Shown one piece after another: positions 18,444-30,794 of a stretch of 64,000 nt of DNA. The stretch lies in NCBI RefSeq assembly GCF_009914755.1, contig NC_060935.1; one strand, 5' to 3'. The notes under the pieces were generated by a model. It searched no databases, was not told the origin of the DNA, and was given only the letters and a program-made list of their open reading frames with translations. The first letter of the stretch is position 1, and the number at the start of each line of letters is the position of its first letter. The translations under genes and the position numbers were made by a program. Source of the stretch: the human T2T-CHM13v2.0 reference genome, Homo sapiens.

Positions 18444-20234
18444 TCTACTCATCCATCAATGGACACTTAGGTTGATTTCATATCTTGGCTATTATGAATA
18501 ATGCTGCAATAAACATGGGAATGCAGGTAAGTCTTTTACAAGCTGGCTTTCATTTTCCTTAGGATAGCTCTGCTTTTTATCTCCCTGTACCATTCTGTCT
18601 TCTTTTGAAACACTTTTTATCTCTTTTTATTTTTCAATGATTTAAGATTCATCTCCTCTGCTTCACCCCTCCCTGAGCATGGATCTTTTCTGGTTTGTCG
18701 GCTGCTGTATCTCCAGTGCTTAGCAAGTTGCCTGATACAGCTAGGGGCTCAATAAATATTTGATGATCGCTTATGAAAAGATCTCTCTTTCTGACATTTG
18801 CTCAGGTAGGACTACAGTGAGGTTTGTGACCAGCTGCTCCCACAGCCCCTCTTCAGATGTGACTAGAGTCAGCTTTCAAATTCATCAAGTCCTAGTTCCA
18901 CCTCTTATTTGCTGTGAAGTCTCAGGCAAATTATTTAACCTCTGTCCCTGTACCCTGATTTGGTTTTCTTCACAGCATTTATCATCACCTGTCATATATT
19001 TGTTTGTGTTTGTACTTATCATCTATCCCCTCTGACCAAAAACTGAGCACCAAGAGAGTAGGGACCTTTTGTTCACTGCTAACAGAAGGCATAGTTAAAT
19101 ATTTAACAACCAAGCATCATGGACACTGACCATTCAGAGTGGACGTCTGCCTCATAAGCTGTGCAGGGATATATGCTGTACAGGTAGATCAAACCTGGGT
19201 CTGATATATAGTAGGTGTTGAATAAATGTGTGTTAAATAAGTGGATGAATTTCAGCCGGTCACCCTCTCTGTACCCTCTGTACATTATATCTATTCAGCA
19301 TATATTGGTTCCTGTCCACTCCCATGGTGGTCTTTTCTGGTCAGCTAATGAAGAGTCCCCCTATGGCCCCATTCTCTCTCCTACTATAGTAAAATTGATC
19401 TCTCTCAATAGGACCTCAAAGCAACAGCATCTGCTACTTCTACTTCTTATCATTGAGTGTTAATTTTGATCTTTTAGTTCATCCCTTTATATCCACTTCT
19501 ATTTCGTCTAGCAACCCCCAGAAGCCTCTCTTTCCATTATCAAGAGTGGTCAACAGCAGTGTCCCGAGATAGACATTTAACCAGCCTGCCTCAGCCAGAG
19601 AGGTTTTATGGGCTTTCAGCCAAGAGAACCCATGAGCAGGTACTGCTGACCTGATGCTCAAGAATTGACTCATTCATGCAGCAAATATTTGTGAAGTTTC
19701 TGTGGTTATTATATGCTAGACACTGGAGAAAAAGATTCAAACAAAATACCTGTACCTGCCCACAAGATGCTGACAGCCTAACAATGGAAACAGACAGGTA
19801 AACAGACAATTACCTTGAGAATTCCTGACAGAAGCGAGAGAAGAGGGGCAGGGAGTTGCAGTTCCTAACAAATTTTATTATGTTCTCCCATTAACTTTTC
19901 AGGAAAATACATTTAATAAGCACTTGGCAACTCAGGTTGTATATTGGTGGGGACAATTCTAAGCCTTATAGCTGCCTTAGGCTTGCAGGACAGTGGCAAT
20001 GACTCCAGGAAAGATTTGGCCAAGAGAGTACTGGGTGACAAGAGGAGCTACGCTCCACTCACCCTTCTTTTCCCATCTAGCCTTGCCTCCACTCGAGGTT
20101 GTTCTCCCTGCCAGGGAGGTGGTCACAGGACTGGAGCCACCTACCATTCACATTATGTATGAATGCATGTTGTCTGGCAACAGATAATCATTAGATTTTA
20201 CTGTTTATGCTTCCAAGTTAACCACATCCCCCCT

Positions 20235-20340
20235 TCTACAAACACACACATGCACACATGCACACATACTGTGCGTGCATGCACATACCCATGTATGCAC
20301 ACACTCGGGAACACACAGGCATGCATGCACACACACACAC
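20235..20340. repeat. degenerate (CA/CATG)n repeat
   Basis: Directly visible. Confidence 0.75.
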
Positions 20341-20841
20341 CTCCATGGTGGTCAGGAATCATGCAGATGTTGAATCACGTCAACATCAAATTACAAAGGG
20401 ATGATGTGGAGGATCACTAAGGCAGGAGCATGAAGAATATATCATAAAAGCTCAAAAACTGGACCAAGGATGCAGAAACCAAGAAGCAGAAAGGACATGC
20501 GAACTGGTCACAAGTAAAAGGATAGGCTGCAATTGTTATCTAAAGACTAAGTGCTGTTATTTGAGGTGTGGCTCCATATTCACCTCCACCAACTCCCTAC
20601 CAAAATAATAAAATAATAGTCATAGTTATGGTTTGTTGAGAGTTGACAGATACTATGCTACACATTTTACATGAGTCATTTCATTAATAACCATGAGTCA
20701 GGTATTATTATTATTATTATTATTAATTACACCAAAGCTTTTATTCCTAACACTATGCTACATAGCCTCCTATCATATAATATTGCCTCCCAGGTTGAAT
20801 CAAGAGATTTTAGCGTCAGGAACGGAAGTCATCCAACTCAT

Positions 20842-21168
20842 TTTCTTTTTTCTTTTCTTTTTTTTTTTTTTTACTTTTTTGTTTAGAGCCAGAAACTCAC
20901 TCTGTTGCCCAGGCTGGAGTGCAGTAATTAAGTTATAGCTCACTGCAGCCTCAGTCTCCTGGGTTCAAGTGATCCTCCTGCCTCAGCCTCCCGAGTAGAT
21001 GAGCCCACAGGTGCATGCCACCATGCCAGGCTGATTTTTTTATTTTTTTATAGAGATAGAGTCTCGTTATGTTGTCCGGGCTGGTTTCAAACTCCTGGCT
21101 TCAAGCAGTCCTCCCAAATTGGTCTCCCAAAGTGCCAGGATTACAGGTGTGAGGCACTGCGCCCAGCC
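20842..21168 (-). mobile_element. Alu (J-type)
   Basis: Reverse dimer, diverged. Confidence 0.88.
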
Positions 21169-21858
21169 CCATTTCTTTTTCATATAATGATACTACTCAT
21201 AATTGTTATAGTAATGGCCAATTCCTTGAGATTCTATAAAGGACCAAGGACTATGCCAGGTTCTACATGGATTGCCTCTTTGAAATCTCTCCACGGCCCT
21301 GTGAGGTGCATCCTAAAATCATGCCCATTTTAGATATGAGGAAATTGAGCACAGTGAGGTTAGGTCATTAGCCTAAGGGCACACAGCCAGTGAGTGGTGA
21401 AGTATTAGTTAATTTTCGCTCTGCTTTATTCCATTAACATGATTGTGCATGCTGTCCAGGCAACAATATCACCCATCAGGATGCCACAATTAATACTGTT
21501 CTATTTGGTGTTTCTTTTCATTATAAGATGCTTTCTTAGCACCCTCTGTTGCTGAACACTGGACATTCACATTACTTCCATCTTTTTCTTTATCATAAAT
21601 GTTCCTTCTATGAATATTTTTGAACGAACTAATTTCTTACTAATTGCCGAGTCAAAGGTATAAGCAATTTCTTAAGTGGGTCTGAGCCAATTCCCAGTGC
21701 CCCTCAAAAAGGTACATGCATCTCATTCCCCCAAAGCCAGCACATGTAGTTTTACAGGTGGATTTATTGTTACTAGTTTAACGTATTATCACTAAATGGT
21801 TTTTATGTTTATGTCTTTAATTTTTAGCCAGACCATGCATCTTTCCACATGACATTTA

Positions 21859-22869
21859 TGTTACTTTTCTATTGCTGCATCACAAATTACCACAAACTTA
21901 GTGGCTTAAAACAATGCCCATTGATTAGCTCATACCTCTGGGGATCAGAAGTCCTGGTACAGCATAGCTGGGTTTGATACTCGGGGAATCACAAGGCTGT
22001 AATCAAGGTACTGGCTGGCCTGCTGCATTCTCACCTGGAGCTTGGGCTTAATCATCTTCCGAACGTGTTCAAGTTGTTGGCAGAATTCAGCTCCTTGTGG
22101 GTGTAGAATTGAGGTTCCCATTTTCTTGCTGACTGTTGGCAGTGATCAATCATAGCAACTGGAGTCCACTCTCAAGTTCTTCCCACATGTTCCCCTCTAT
22201 TCTCAGAGCTAGCAATGGAGAATATCCCTGGAGTCAAATACCCTTTCAGGAAGGGCGGGGAACTTTTAATGGCTCACCTGATTAGGTAAGGCCCACCTAG
22301 ATAGCCTGCCTTTCGATTAACGTGAACTAACCTAATCATAGGCGTTTTATCCCATTGTATTCACAGATTCAACCAGGAAGTGGTCAGCTTGAGGGCTATA
22401 CTGGTTTCCTATTGCCGCTATAGCAAATCACCACAAACATAGTGGCTTACAGCCACACCCACTGATTAACTCATTTCTCTGGAGGCCAGAAGCCTAAAAT
22501 GGGTCACCAGGGATGAATTCCTTCTGGAGGCTCTAGGATAGAATCTGTTTCTTCGTTTTATCTAGCTTCTAGAGGCTGCCTGCCTTCCTTGACTAATGGT
22601 TCCTTCCTCCATCTCCAAAGCTAGCAGTGTAACACCTTCAACCTCTTCTTCCATCCTTACCTCTCCTTCTCTGACTCTCCTACCTCCCTCTTTCCTTTCT
22701 AAGGATCCCTGTGATTACATTGGACCCACCTGCACAATCTAGGATAATCTTCCCATCTCATGTCCCTTAAGACGACATTTTCCTGGGTTTTGAGGATTAG
22801 AAAATGGATATTTTGGGGGCCCACTATTCTATCTACCACAAGGGCCATCTTAGAATCTTACCTACCACA
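21859..22869 (-). mobile_element. MLT1-type LTR with a second MLT1 LTR nested at 22397-22840
   Basis: Both begin with the ...caaattaccacaaac.tagtggctta motif and end ctaccaca. The inner copy is flanked by TSD AGGGC. Confidence 0.8.
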
Positions 22870-23389
22870 ATGTTATACTTTCTGTATCTGTATTGGAGTA
22901 ATTTGTGTATTATAGCAATTTATAAGAACTGTATTTGTAGCAATTCTTAATATATTTTCCATGTATTGGGTCAAATGATTTTCATGTAAAATTTATATTT
23001 CCATTGACTGTCTTTCTTTTCTCTCTGATTTTGTTTTATCATTTTTTGCTCAGCAAAACCCCATTATCTTTTAAGTCATATGTTTGAAAAATGACATTGT
23101 CCATTTCCTGCACACACAGAAAGATATCTTCTCTCCACAGCTAAGATAAATGTGCTATTCTGTTCTCTTCCTGACTCGTATTTTTTTATTGCTTGTTTTT
23201 CCTTTGGACCATTTGAATTTTTTTCAGAGCAAAAAAATGAAGTATGGAGCTAATGTCTCAAGACCATTTCTTGCTTTGAGGTTGATTCCAACATTTTTGT
23301 ACTTTCCCATTTTTCATACTCTGTATTGTGATAGTGAGAACCACTTCCAGAAACTATAGTCTCGTCTATGGTCATTTTTCAAAGAACAA

Positions 23390-23837
23390 ATGTTTTTTAA
23401 CTTTTAAGTTCAGGGATACAGTGCAAGTTTGTTACTTAGGTAAACTTGTGTCATGGGGGTTTGTTGTACAGATTATTTTATTACCCAGGTATTAAGTCTA
23501 GTACCCATTAGTTATTTTTCCTGATCCTCTCCCTCCTTCCCACCTCCACTCTCCTATAGACTCCAGTGTGTGCTGTTCCCCTCTATATGTCCATGTGTTC
23601 TCATCACTTAGCTCCCACTTATAAGTGGGAACATGCAGTATTTGGTTTTCTGTTCCTGCATTGGTTTGCTAAGCATAATGGCCTCCAGCTCCATCCATGT
23701 CCCTGCAAAGGACATAATCTTACTCTTTTTTTTGTGACTTCATAGTATTCCATAGTAAATATGTACCATATTTTCTTTATCCAGTCTATCATTGATGGGC
23801 ATTTAGGTTGATTTTATGTCTTTGCTATTGTGAATAG
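23390..23837 (-). mobile_element. L1PA-type LINE 3' end fragment
   Basis: ttttaagttcagggataca...gtttgttac..aggtaaac... L1PA 3'UTR in reverse. Confidence 0.85.
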
Positions 23838-24921
23838 AATGCACAAATATTTAGTAAGGTCATCAAGTGGTTTTTAGTTTGCAAAATTTTTTTTAATCTT
23901 TTAGTTAAATGAGTCCATCATCTTTACTTTGAAGCATTTCCTGTCATCATCATCATCACCATCATCTTATTAACATGATCTGTGCATTCTTGCCAGTTTT
24001 TCTCCCAAATGGTTTTCATTACCAGTTCACCAGATTCTGATTCAGACACTTTAAGCTACGATACTGAAGAAAGCAGAATCATCTTTGTTATTTTTATACT
24101 TTCCCAGCAACTAGAGAGATTACCTTTTTCCATTTCTTCCTCCATCTTCATTCTATTAAGGTTTCATAATTTTCCTTGAATGAATTTCTTATGTGGTAGA
24201 TTAAATTAATTCTCATGTATTTAAAGATTTCCTGCCATTGTTACAGCTAATTTAGCACGTATTCAGGAAATCATAGTAATGAAAATTATTTTTCAACTCA
24301 TTTCATTTGTGCAACTCTTTGATTGATTTCTGTGTATTTTCCCAGTAGAGTAAATCCTTGACAATCATGGATTGAACAATCACAGTTTCAATAACTTGCA
24401 AGAGACCCCAAAAGGCCGTGACACATAATCATTTATCATTTTGCTGGGGTTCAAAATAGAATCACTCCTACTGCAAGAATGCTGTGCAGGAAAAAGTCAT
24501 TTTGTGAAGGGAAACAGCCAACCACCCAGTATGGGTGTCTCAACATGAATTCATTTAATGAATTCATTGAATTTTATTATCTACATATCTAGTAACTCTC
24601 ATAAAGTGATACACATTTCTTTGTGTAAAAAAAAATAAAATGACCTCTATGGAAGCCACCTGCTATTACTAAAGATACTTAAGCAAGAGATAGTCTATAA
24701 TAAATTTCAGCTCCATATTTCCCAAACCATGCTCACAAAAAACTATTCCCAATATTAACAGTTCTGACAAAAAGAAGAGGAGGTAAAAGGTGAGAATAGG
24801 AGAGGAAGGGGAGAGAGAAAGGCAGTAGAGGAGGGAGAGCAGAAGATAAAAGAAAATTACAGATCCCAAAAAAGTTTAGGAAATGCTGGATATTATATAT
24901 TCCTCATTCCCCAATGCCGTC

Positions 24922-24987
24922 ACTTGCGGACTGGCCCTAACCATTTACGCATTAACTTGTGGACTGGCCCTAACCATTTACACATTA
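24922..24987. repeat. 33-bp tandem duplication
   Basis: acttgcggactggccctaaccatttacgcatta / acttgtggactggccctaaccatttacacatta. Confidence 0.95.
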
Positions 24988-27299
24988 AAGCCTCTGAGAA
25001 ATCTTACAGTAAATAAACTCATTTCATTTTGTTTAACTCAGTGTTTCTCAAACTTATTTAAGAACCTCATGGCACACAGTGTACCTTGGGACGCCAATTT
25101 GGGATTCATAGAAACCCATAATGATTTGTAAAATGATTAAAGGTGGTATAAAGTCACGTAAAATATTTCTGTCTCATTGAACCTCACTTCTACAGAAGAT
25201 ATATGCAATGACAATGTTCTTGAATTAGGGGTTTCTGAAGGTTTTGCAACTCATTTGCACAGGAATACATTCAAATCATCTGCAAATGTAATATTTTCCT
25301 TTCTTAACTTCTTACTTTTTGAGCAATTTATTTGTTTTTCTTTCTCCATAACTGTTTTAGAGATTTTATATTCTGCTGTTTGTTTATTTTACTTTGTTTT
25401 ATTTGTTCATTTGACAAAGCCATCTGTACAGTGTTCTAAGTGCTTTATTTATAATGGCTCATATATCTAGCAACCCTGTGACTTAGGCGTCATTATCCCT
25501 ACTTCAAAGGTCAGAAAACTGAGTTTCAAACGGTGATGAGGCATCTTACCTAGATCCTATTTTTTAAGGAACACAGTAACTAATGTTTTCCTTTAGTTAT
25601 ATTATTAATTCTAATTTTAAATATAAACTTCGTATCATGTAAAGAAAGAAAATCTTCATGAGTTACCTTTAGTCAACACTAAATATTGAACTATGCTGGA
25701 TAGCTTTTTTAGCCTCCATTCAGATAATTATGTTTTCTACCATTTTTCAGTTAATGTTAATAACATAGGATGCTAGCTTTACTTTCCGGAGGCCAACAGT
25801 CCTCAGTTAGAATAGATTACTTGTTTCATTGTGTTGTGTTTTCTGGGTTAAGATTAATATTTTACTTCTAAACTCATAAGTGAGATTAAACAAACATTCC
25901 TTTTTTTAAGCAGGGAGTGAAATCTCATTTACCTCAGTCAACTCAATATACAAATATTTATGGAATGGCTGCCATGTTACTCTGTGCCAGAGACTGTAGA
26001 ACATGAAAGATTCAAAATGAGCATCTGAGAGAACACAGAAGGGAACTGACTTTCTACAAGCATATAGCAAAAAGAATCATGTTAGAGAAGACAACAACCA
26101 TGATTTTAAGAACTTTATAAATGCCCAGAATCTGTATAACTTCACACTTGTTATTTTCTATTACTCCATTTTGGATCCCCCAAAGACCTAAGCTCTTACT
26201 TAAATGCGAGAGGCCCCAGGTCAACCAAATGAAGCAGCTCCATGAGGGAGGAGTCTATGTCCATCTTGTCGCCCACCATCTGGCCAAGTACCCAGCATAC
26301 AGTGAATGCTCAATAAATATTTATTAAGCAAAGAAATAAGTCAGCTCTTTGAGCAAACCAACCGGTCAAGACAATTTTTAAAATGCAGGACAGCTAGAGA
26401 CTTGTTTAATGGGTGAGCAAGAAAACAGGTATTGCACAAATTTCATCCTCATCTGAAGTCACTCCAAGGAAGCTTGGAAGCATGGGAACAAGACAACAGA
26501 CAGAATCCCTTAGGCCTAGAGAAAGAAGAAAGGATCACAAGCTTCCTTTCCCCTTAACAGACCCAAGTGTCTGTAGAGCCCCAGGTGCCCCCACCTGGCC
26601 AAGTAGTTGGCCTTTTGGACCCCAAAAGTTCTCATATCCCAAGCCAAGGGGAAATTGGTCTACTCCAGCCAAGCCTCCTAGCCCCAGAAAGCCCATGGGG
26701 TCAGGACTTAGGGACAATCAGGGAACATATAAAAGGTCTTTCCTGCAATAATGGTCCCTAACAAGCCCTGAGCCAATCACCTGGTAGCTGGAGCCCAAAA
26801 TACCTTCCAACCCAGGTAAGTAGATATTATATGGTGACTACAAAGATATATCCCATCAAGTGAGCAAACTTATCATATTCACATCCCTTTTTTGTTTCCA
26901 TTCCTATTCATGTTTTCAATGTCCCCATTCTTCACTCGCCCCATCCCCCACTAAGTCCCTTTCTCCATTCATTGCAAGCCCTCTTAGTTTTTTCTTCTGG
27001 ATCTGATGCCCTTAAGCCATCCCTCCTCTATCTCCGATTCCAGGTCCACACCTTGCCCCTACTACGACCTCTCCCACTGGGCCCTGCCTGATCCTCTTTC
27101 TCTGCCCCTGTCCAGTTGCCCACCCTTGTCTCCCCCTCTTCTCCTCGCTCTATCCCCAGGATCCTGTGGGCGGCTGTGAATTTTGCCCTGTGCTTCCTTC
27201 TCTCCTCTCTCTTTGTGGTGGGGTCCACAGCCAGTTCTCCTGTTGCTCAAAAATGTGGAGGCAGTTGCTAAGAGACAGCGAAACGTCAGTACCTGGCCC

Positions 27300-28210
27300 T
27301 CGAGGAAAAAAAAGGGGAGTGAAAAAGGGAGAGAACTGGGGGAGGGATGGAGGGAGGGAGAGAGAGAGGGTGGGAAGGGGGGAGGGAGGGGGAAGACCTG
27401 GCTCTGGCGGAAGCCTTATACCCCAGCAGACTGGGCACCAGCTGAGTTTCAGAAAGAAGCATTCAGATTCTGTGAACTTTCTTCCGAGCATCCTTTCTCT
27501 GTGATTTCCCTTTGGGTGAAAGAAGGGGCAGGGGGACCGCAGGACGGGAAATCATAGAAGATGCTGGCCTGGGATCCGGGAGACAAGGAGGAGGAGAGGC
27601 CGGGGGAGGGGAATAGCCTGGGAGGCAATCTGTTCTGAAGCAAGCAAGGAGCAAGCGGGGATTCCAGGAGGAGGGAGGGAGACCCGCGTCTGCCGCAGAT
27701 TGATGGCTGTGTCCTTGGAACGGAGTGAGTAGGCTCCTGGGGCCTGTGGGAGTGCGGGGGGGAGACCTGGGGCTTAGAAAAATGAGTCTGCATGAAGGGG
27801 AGCTGGGGTGATTTCCAGGTGGGCGGGATTGAGGCTTGAAGCGGTAGGAAAATAGGCAGCGCCAGGCCGAGGGTGAGGGGAGGACCGAGGACAGCAGGTG
27901 GGCAAGGGAGAAGCGAGAGGGCGCGGGGCGCGAGGGCTGAGGCTCTGGGCGTGGCATCACTCTCGGTCCCTCTGCTGGGGGCGGCGAGGAGAGTGCAGTG
28001 TGTGGAAAGGGATGCTGGGATGAAGGGTGTGCGCTGAGAGGGGGGCGAAAGATGCTGGGGGTCGACTGGGGAGGGGTCTGCAGAATCGCCTGTGCAGAAG
28101 GAAGCTGGAGCGAAAACCGCGAGGCGTGAGCACGGGGCAGGGCAAAATACGGGGGAGTCACAGAATGGTGTGTGAGTGAGTGTGTGTGTGTGCGTGTGAG
28201 AGAGAGAGGA
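27300..28210. promoter_or_regulatory. CpG-enriched, G-rich promoter-like region upstream of LRRC55
   Basis: The clearest non-Alu cluster of CpGs in the window (e.g. gggcgcggggcgcg near 27919, gggcggga near 27821), 1.2-2 kb upstream of the CDS, ending in a (TG)n/(GA)n tract. Confidence 0.65.
28168..28208. repeat. (TG)n-(GA)n compound microsatellite
   Basis: Directly visible. Confidence 0.85.
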
Positions 28211-29157
28211 GTGCTTAGAGTGTTTGAAAGGGGTGTGCAAACCCCCAGAGTGTGGATGCAGATTTTTCTTAGGGAGTTGTTCAAGGGTGGCGTGTTTGGT
28301 ACTAATGAGGGTGGGGTTATGAGAAGAAGAAGAAAATGCATCTAACCCAAGACAGGAACCCAGAGGAGGATGGCTGCAGGTTGGGTCAGGGAGGGCTCGT
28401 GGGTAACAGCAATGTGAGCCTGGGGTCTGAACCTACCATGGCCCACACCTGACAGACAGTAAGCAGAGAACTTTGTGGTTGGGGGAGCAAAGGAAAGAGA
28501 CAAAGATAAGCCAAGCGTCCTAGGTGAAGGGACAAGGGAGTGTCAAGGGCACAGGATTTCTCTGCCTGAGTGCTTTCCTTGTTGACAGAGGGAATTTGGC
28601 CTCCACCTGCTGAACACAGAACTGCGCTGAGGAAGGCACTGGCTTGGAGAAGATGCCAGAGCTCTGCCAGCTGACACTCAGCCTGCACCTTCAGGACTCA
28701 TGACTTCTTCTGGCCCCAGAGGCCCAGACAGTGGGCATCACCTGGGGTCCTCCTCTCTTTGGGAAAAAAAGAGGCTTCCTGGGGATTCCAGCAGCCACTG
28801 AGGCTGAGGACTCTCAGGCTTTTAGGAGGCCCATGGAGACTCACTTCCTCCCGGGCCCTTTTCCCAAAACACCCACCCTGGGACCCCCTTGGACTCCAGC
28901 CCACCAGGCCACCAGGACAAATGGCCTCTGAGACCTTCAACACTGAAGACCCAGGTGCAGCCCCGGCTTCCTAATCAGTCCCAGACGTGGGACAGGACTT
29001 AAGTTTTCTCAGAAGAAGTGCCAAGGATCTTTAAAGGGCACGTTTCATCTCCTTCAGCCCCTCCCTCCCAGACACAGCACCAAGAGGAAACATCCAGCAG
29101 GCATGGGTGAGAGAGACACAAAAGATCTGCAGGAACTCTTCCAGGACTTGCTGGCAG

Positions 29158-29195
29158 CTGACCTAGCCCCATTCTTGTCCCCTCCCTTTCTCAGG
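29158..29195 (+). other. candidate 3' splice acceptor upstream of the first coding exon
   Basis: CTGAC branch-like motif, pyrimidine tract ccccattcttgtcccctccctttct, then CAG|G at 29194/29195. Confidence 0.55.
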
Positions 29196-29463
29196 TTTTG
29201 ATCATCATTCCAGACCCTAGGGGACCTCAACTGGGTGTCTTGCCCCCTAGGCTCCGGAAGGGGACCTCCCGTGGATCTCAGGAAGCCCTCTGGTGCTCAG
29301 AGGCTCCTGGGAAAGTCCCTAGCCATGATACCACATGCTCAGAAGCCCCACCTTCACAGACGCTGGCCCCAGATGTAGCTGCCTTCCTGTGTCACAGACT
29401 CTCGATTCCATGGACACAGTCCTCATGGGCTCCCTCCAGCACTGCTGTTGCCTGCTGCCTAAG

Positions 29464-30124
29464 ATGGGTGACACTTGGGCCCAGCTTCCCTGGCCCGGGC
29501 CACCCCACCCAGCAATGCTGCTGATCTCCCTCCTCTTGGCAGCCGGGTTGATGCACTCGGATGCCGGCACCAGCTGCCCCGTCCTTTGCACATGCCGTAA
29601 CCAGGTGGTGGATTGTAGCAGCCAGCGGCTATTCTCCGTGCCCCCAGACCTGCCAATGGACACCCGAAACCTCAGCCTGGCCCACAACCGCATCACAGCA
29701 GTGCCGCCTGGCTACCTCACATGCTACATGGAGCTCCAGGTGCTGGATTTGCACAACAACTCCTTAATGGAGCTGCCCCGGGGCCTCTTCCTCCATGCCA
29801 AGCGCTTGGCACACTTGGACCTGAGCTACAACAATTTCAGCCATGTGCCAGCCGACATGTTCCAGGAGGCCCATGGGCTAGTCCACATCGACCTGAGCCA
29901 CAACCCCTGGCTGCGGAGGGTGCATCCCCAGGCCTTTCAGGGCCTCATGCAGCTCCGAGACCTGGACCTCAGTTATGGGGGCCTGGCCTTCCTCAGCCTG
30001 GAGGCTCTTGAGGGCCTACCGGGGCTGGTGACCCTGCAGATCGGTGGCAATCCCTGGGTGTGTGGCTGCACCATGGAACCCCTGCTGAAGTGGCTGCGAA
30101 ACCGGATCCAGCGCTGTACAGCAG
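29464..30124 (+). CDS. LRRC55: LRRC55 coding exon 1 (signal peptide, LRRNT, LRR repeats, start of LRRCT)
   Basis: ORF 29335..30210 encodes [44 protein letters not shown], then LxxLxLxxN repeats and GNPWVCGC. The ATG at 29464 has strong Kozak context (aagATGg). Donor GCAG|gtaata at 30124/30125 is phase 1. In-frame upstream ATGs at 29335, 29410 and 29425 would give longer N-termini (341 aa from 29335). Confidence 0.97.
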
Positions 30125-30794
30125 GTAATAGAGGGGCAGAACGGGGCAGTCAACAGGGAGGGCTTGCCTCAATGGGAAGCAAAGGCTCCAAAGAAAGCGG
30201 GGGAACTTAGAGCCAGAAAGCACCTACTGCGTTTTCTAATGTGGGCTTGCCTCTTTGTACACCAGCTCGGCCAACAGGTTGTTTGTAGAATCCTTCCAGT
30301 GCATGTGAGGCACCGAGGGCCCATTCATTCATTAAATAGATGTCCCTCACCACTGCGCTGCTCATGACCTAATGAGGCAGACGGATAGTAGACAAGTGAG
30401 AATAGCCTATGGTTGGTGGTTTTTATTGAGCTTTCACCATGACCTAAGATCTTGGCATCCATTATCTCATGAGACCCCCATTTTTATTATACCCATTTTC
30501 CAGGTGAAGAAACTGAGATTTAGAACAATAAAAAGGCTTGACAGGAATCACACACTTAGAAAGTGGCAGGGCCATGAAAAAAATACAAATTAAAAAATTA
30601 AAAAGTGGCAGGACCATGAATAAAACCTAGATTTATCTGACTTCTAAGCCCTGTTCTAATCTACCAGAATGCTTTTTTAGCATTCCAAGTGTTGGAAACT
30701 CTCGTATAAATAGTAATGACTAACACAATCTCAACAGAGCTGCAATAGCTTAAGTTGCGTGACAGCCAATATGTTCCAGGAGGAACTTGAGACC

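Noticed and set aside
27449-28341. Long minus-strand ORFs (263 aa and 292 aa)
   Set aside because: Pro/Ser/Leu-rich low-complexity translations of a C-rich strand with few stop codons; no recognisable domain.
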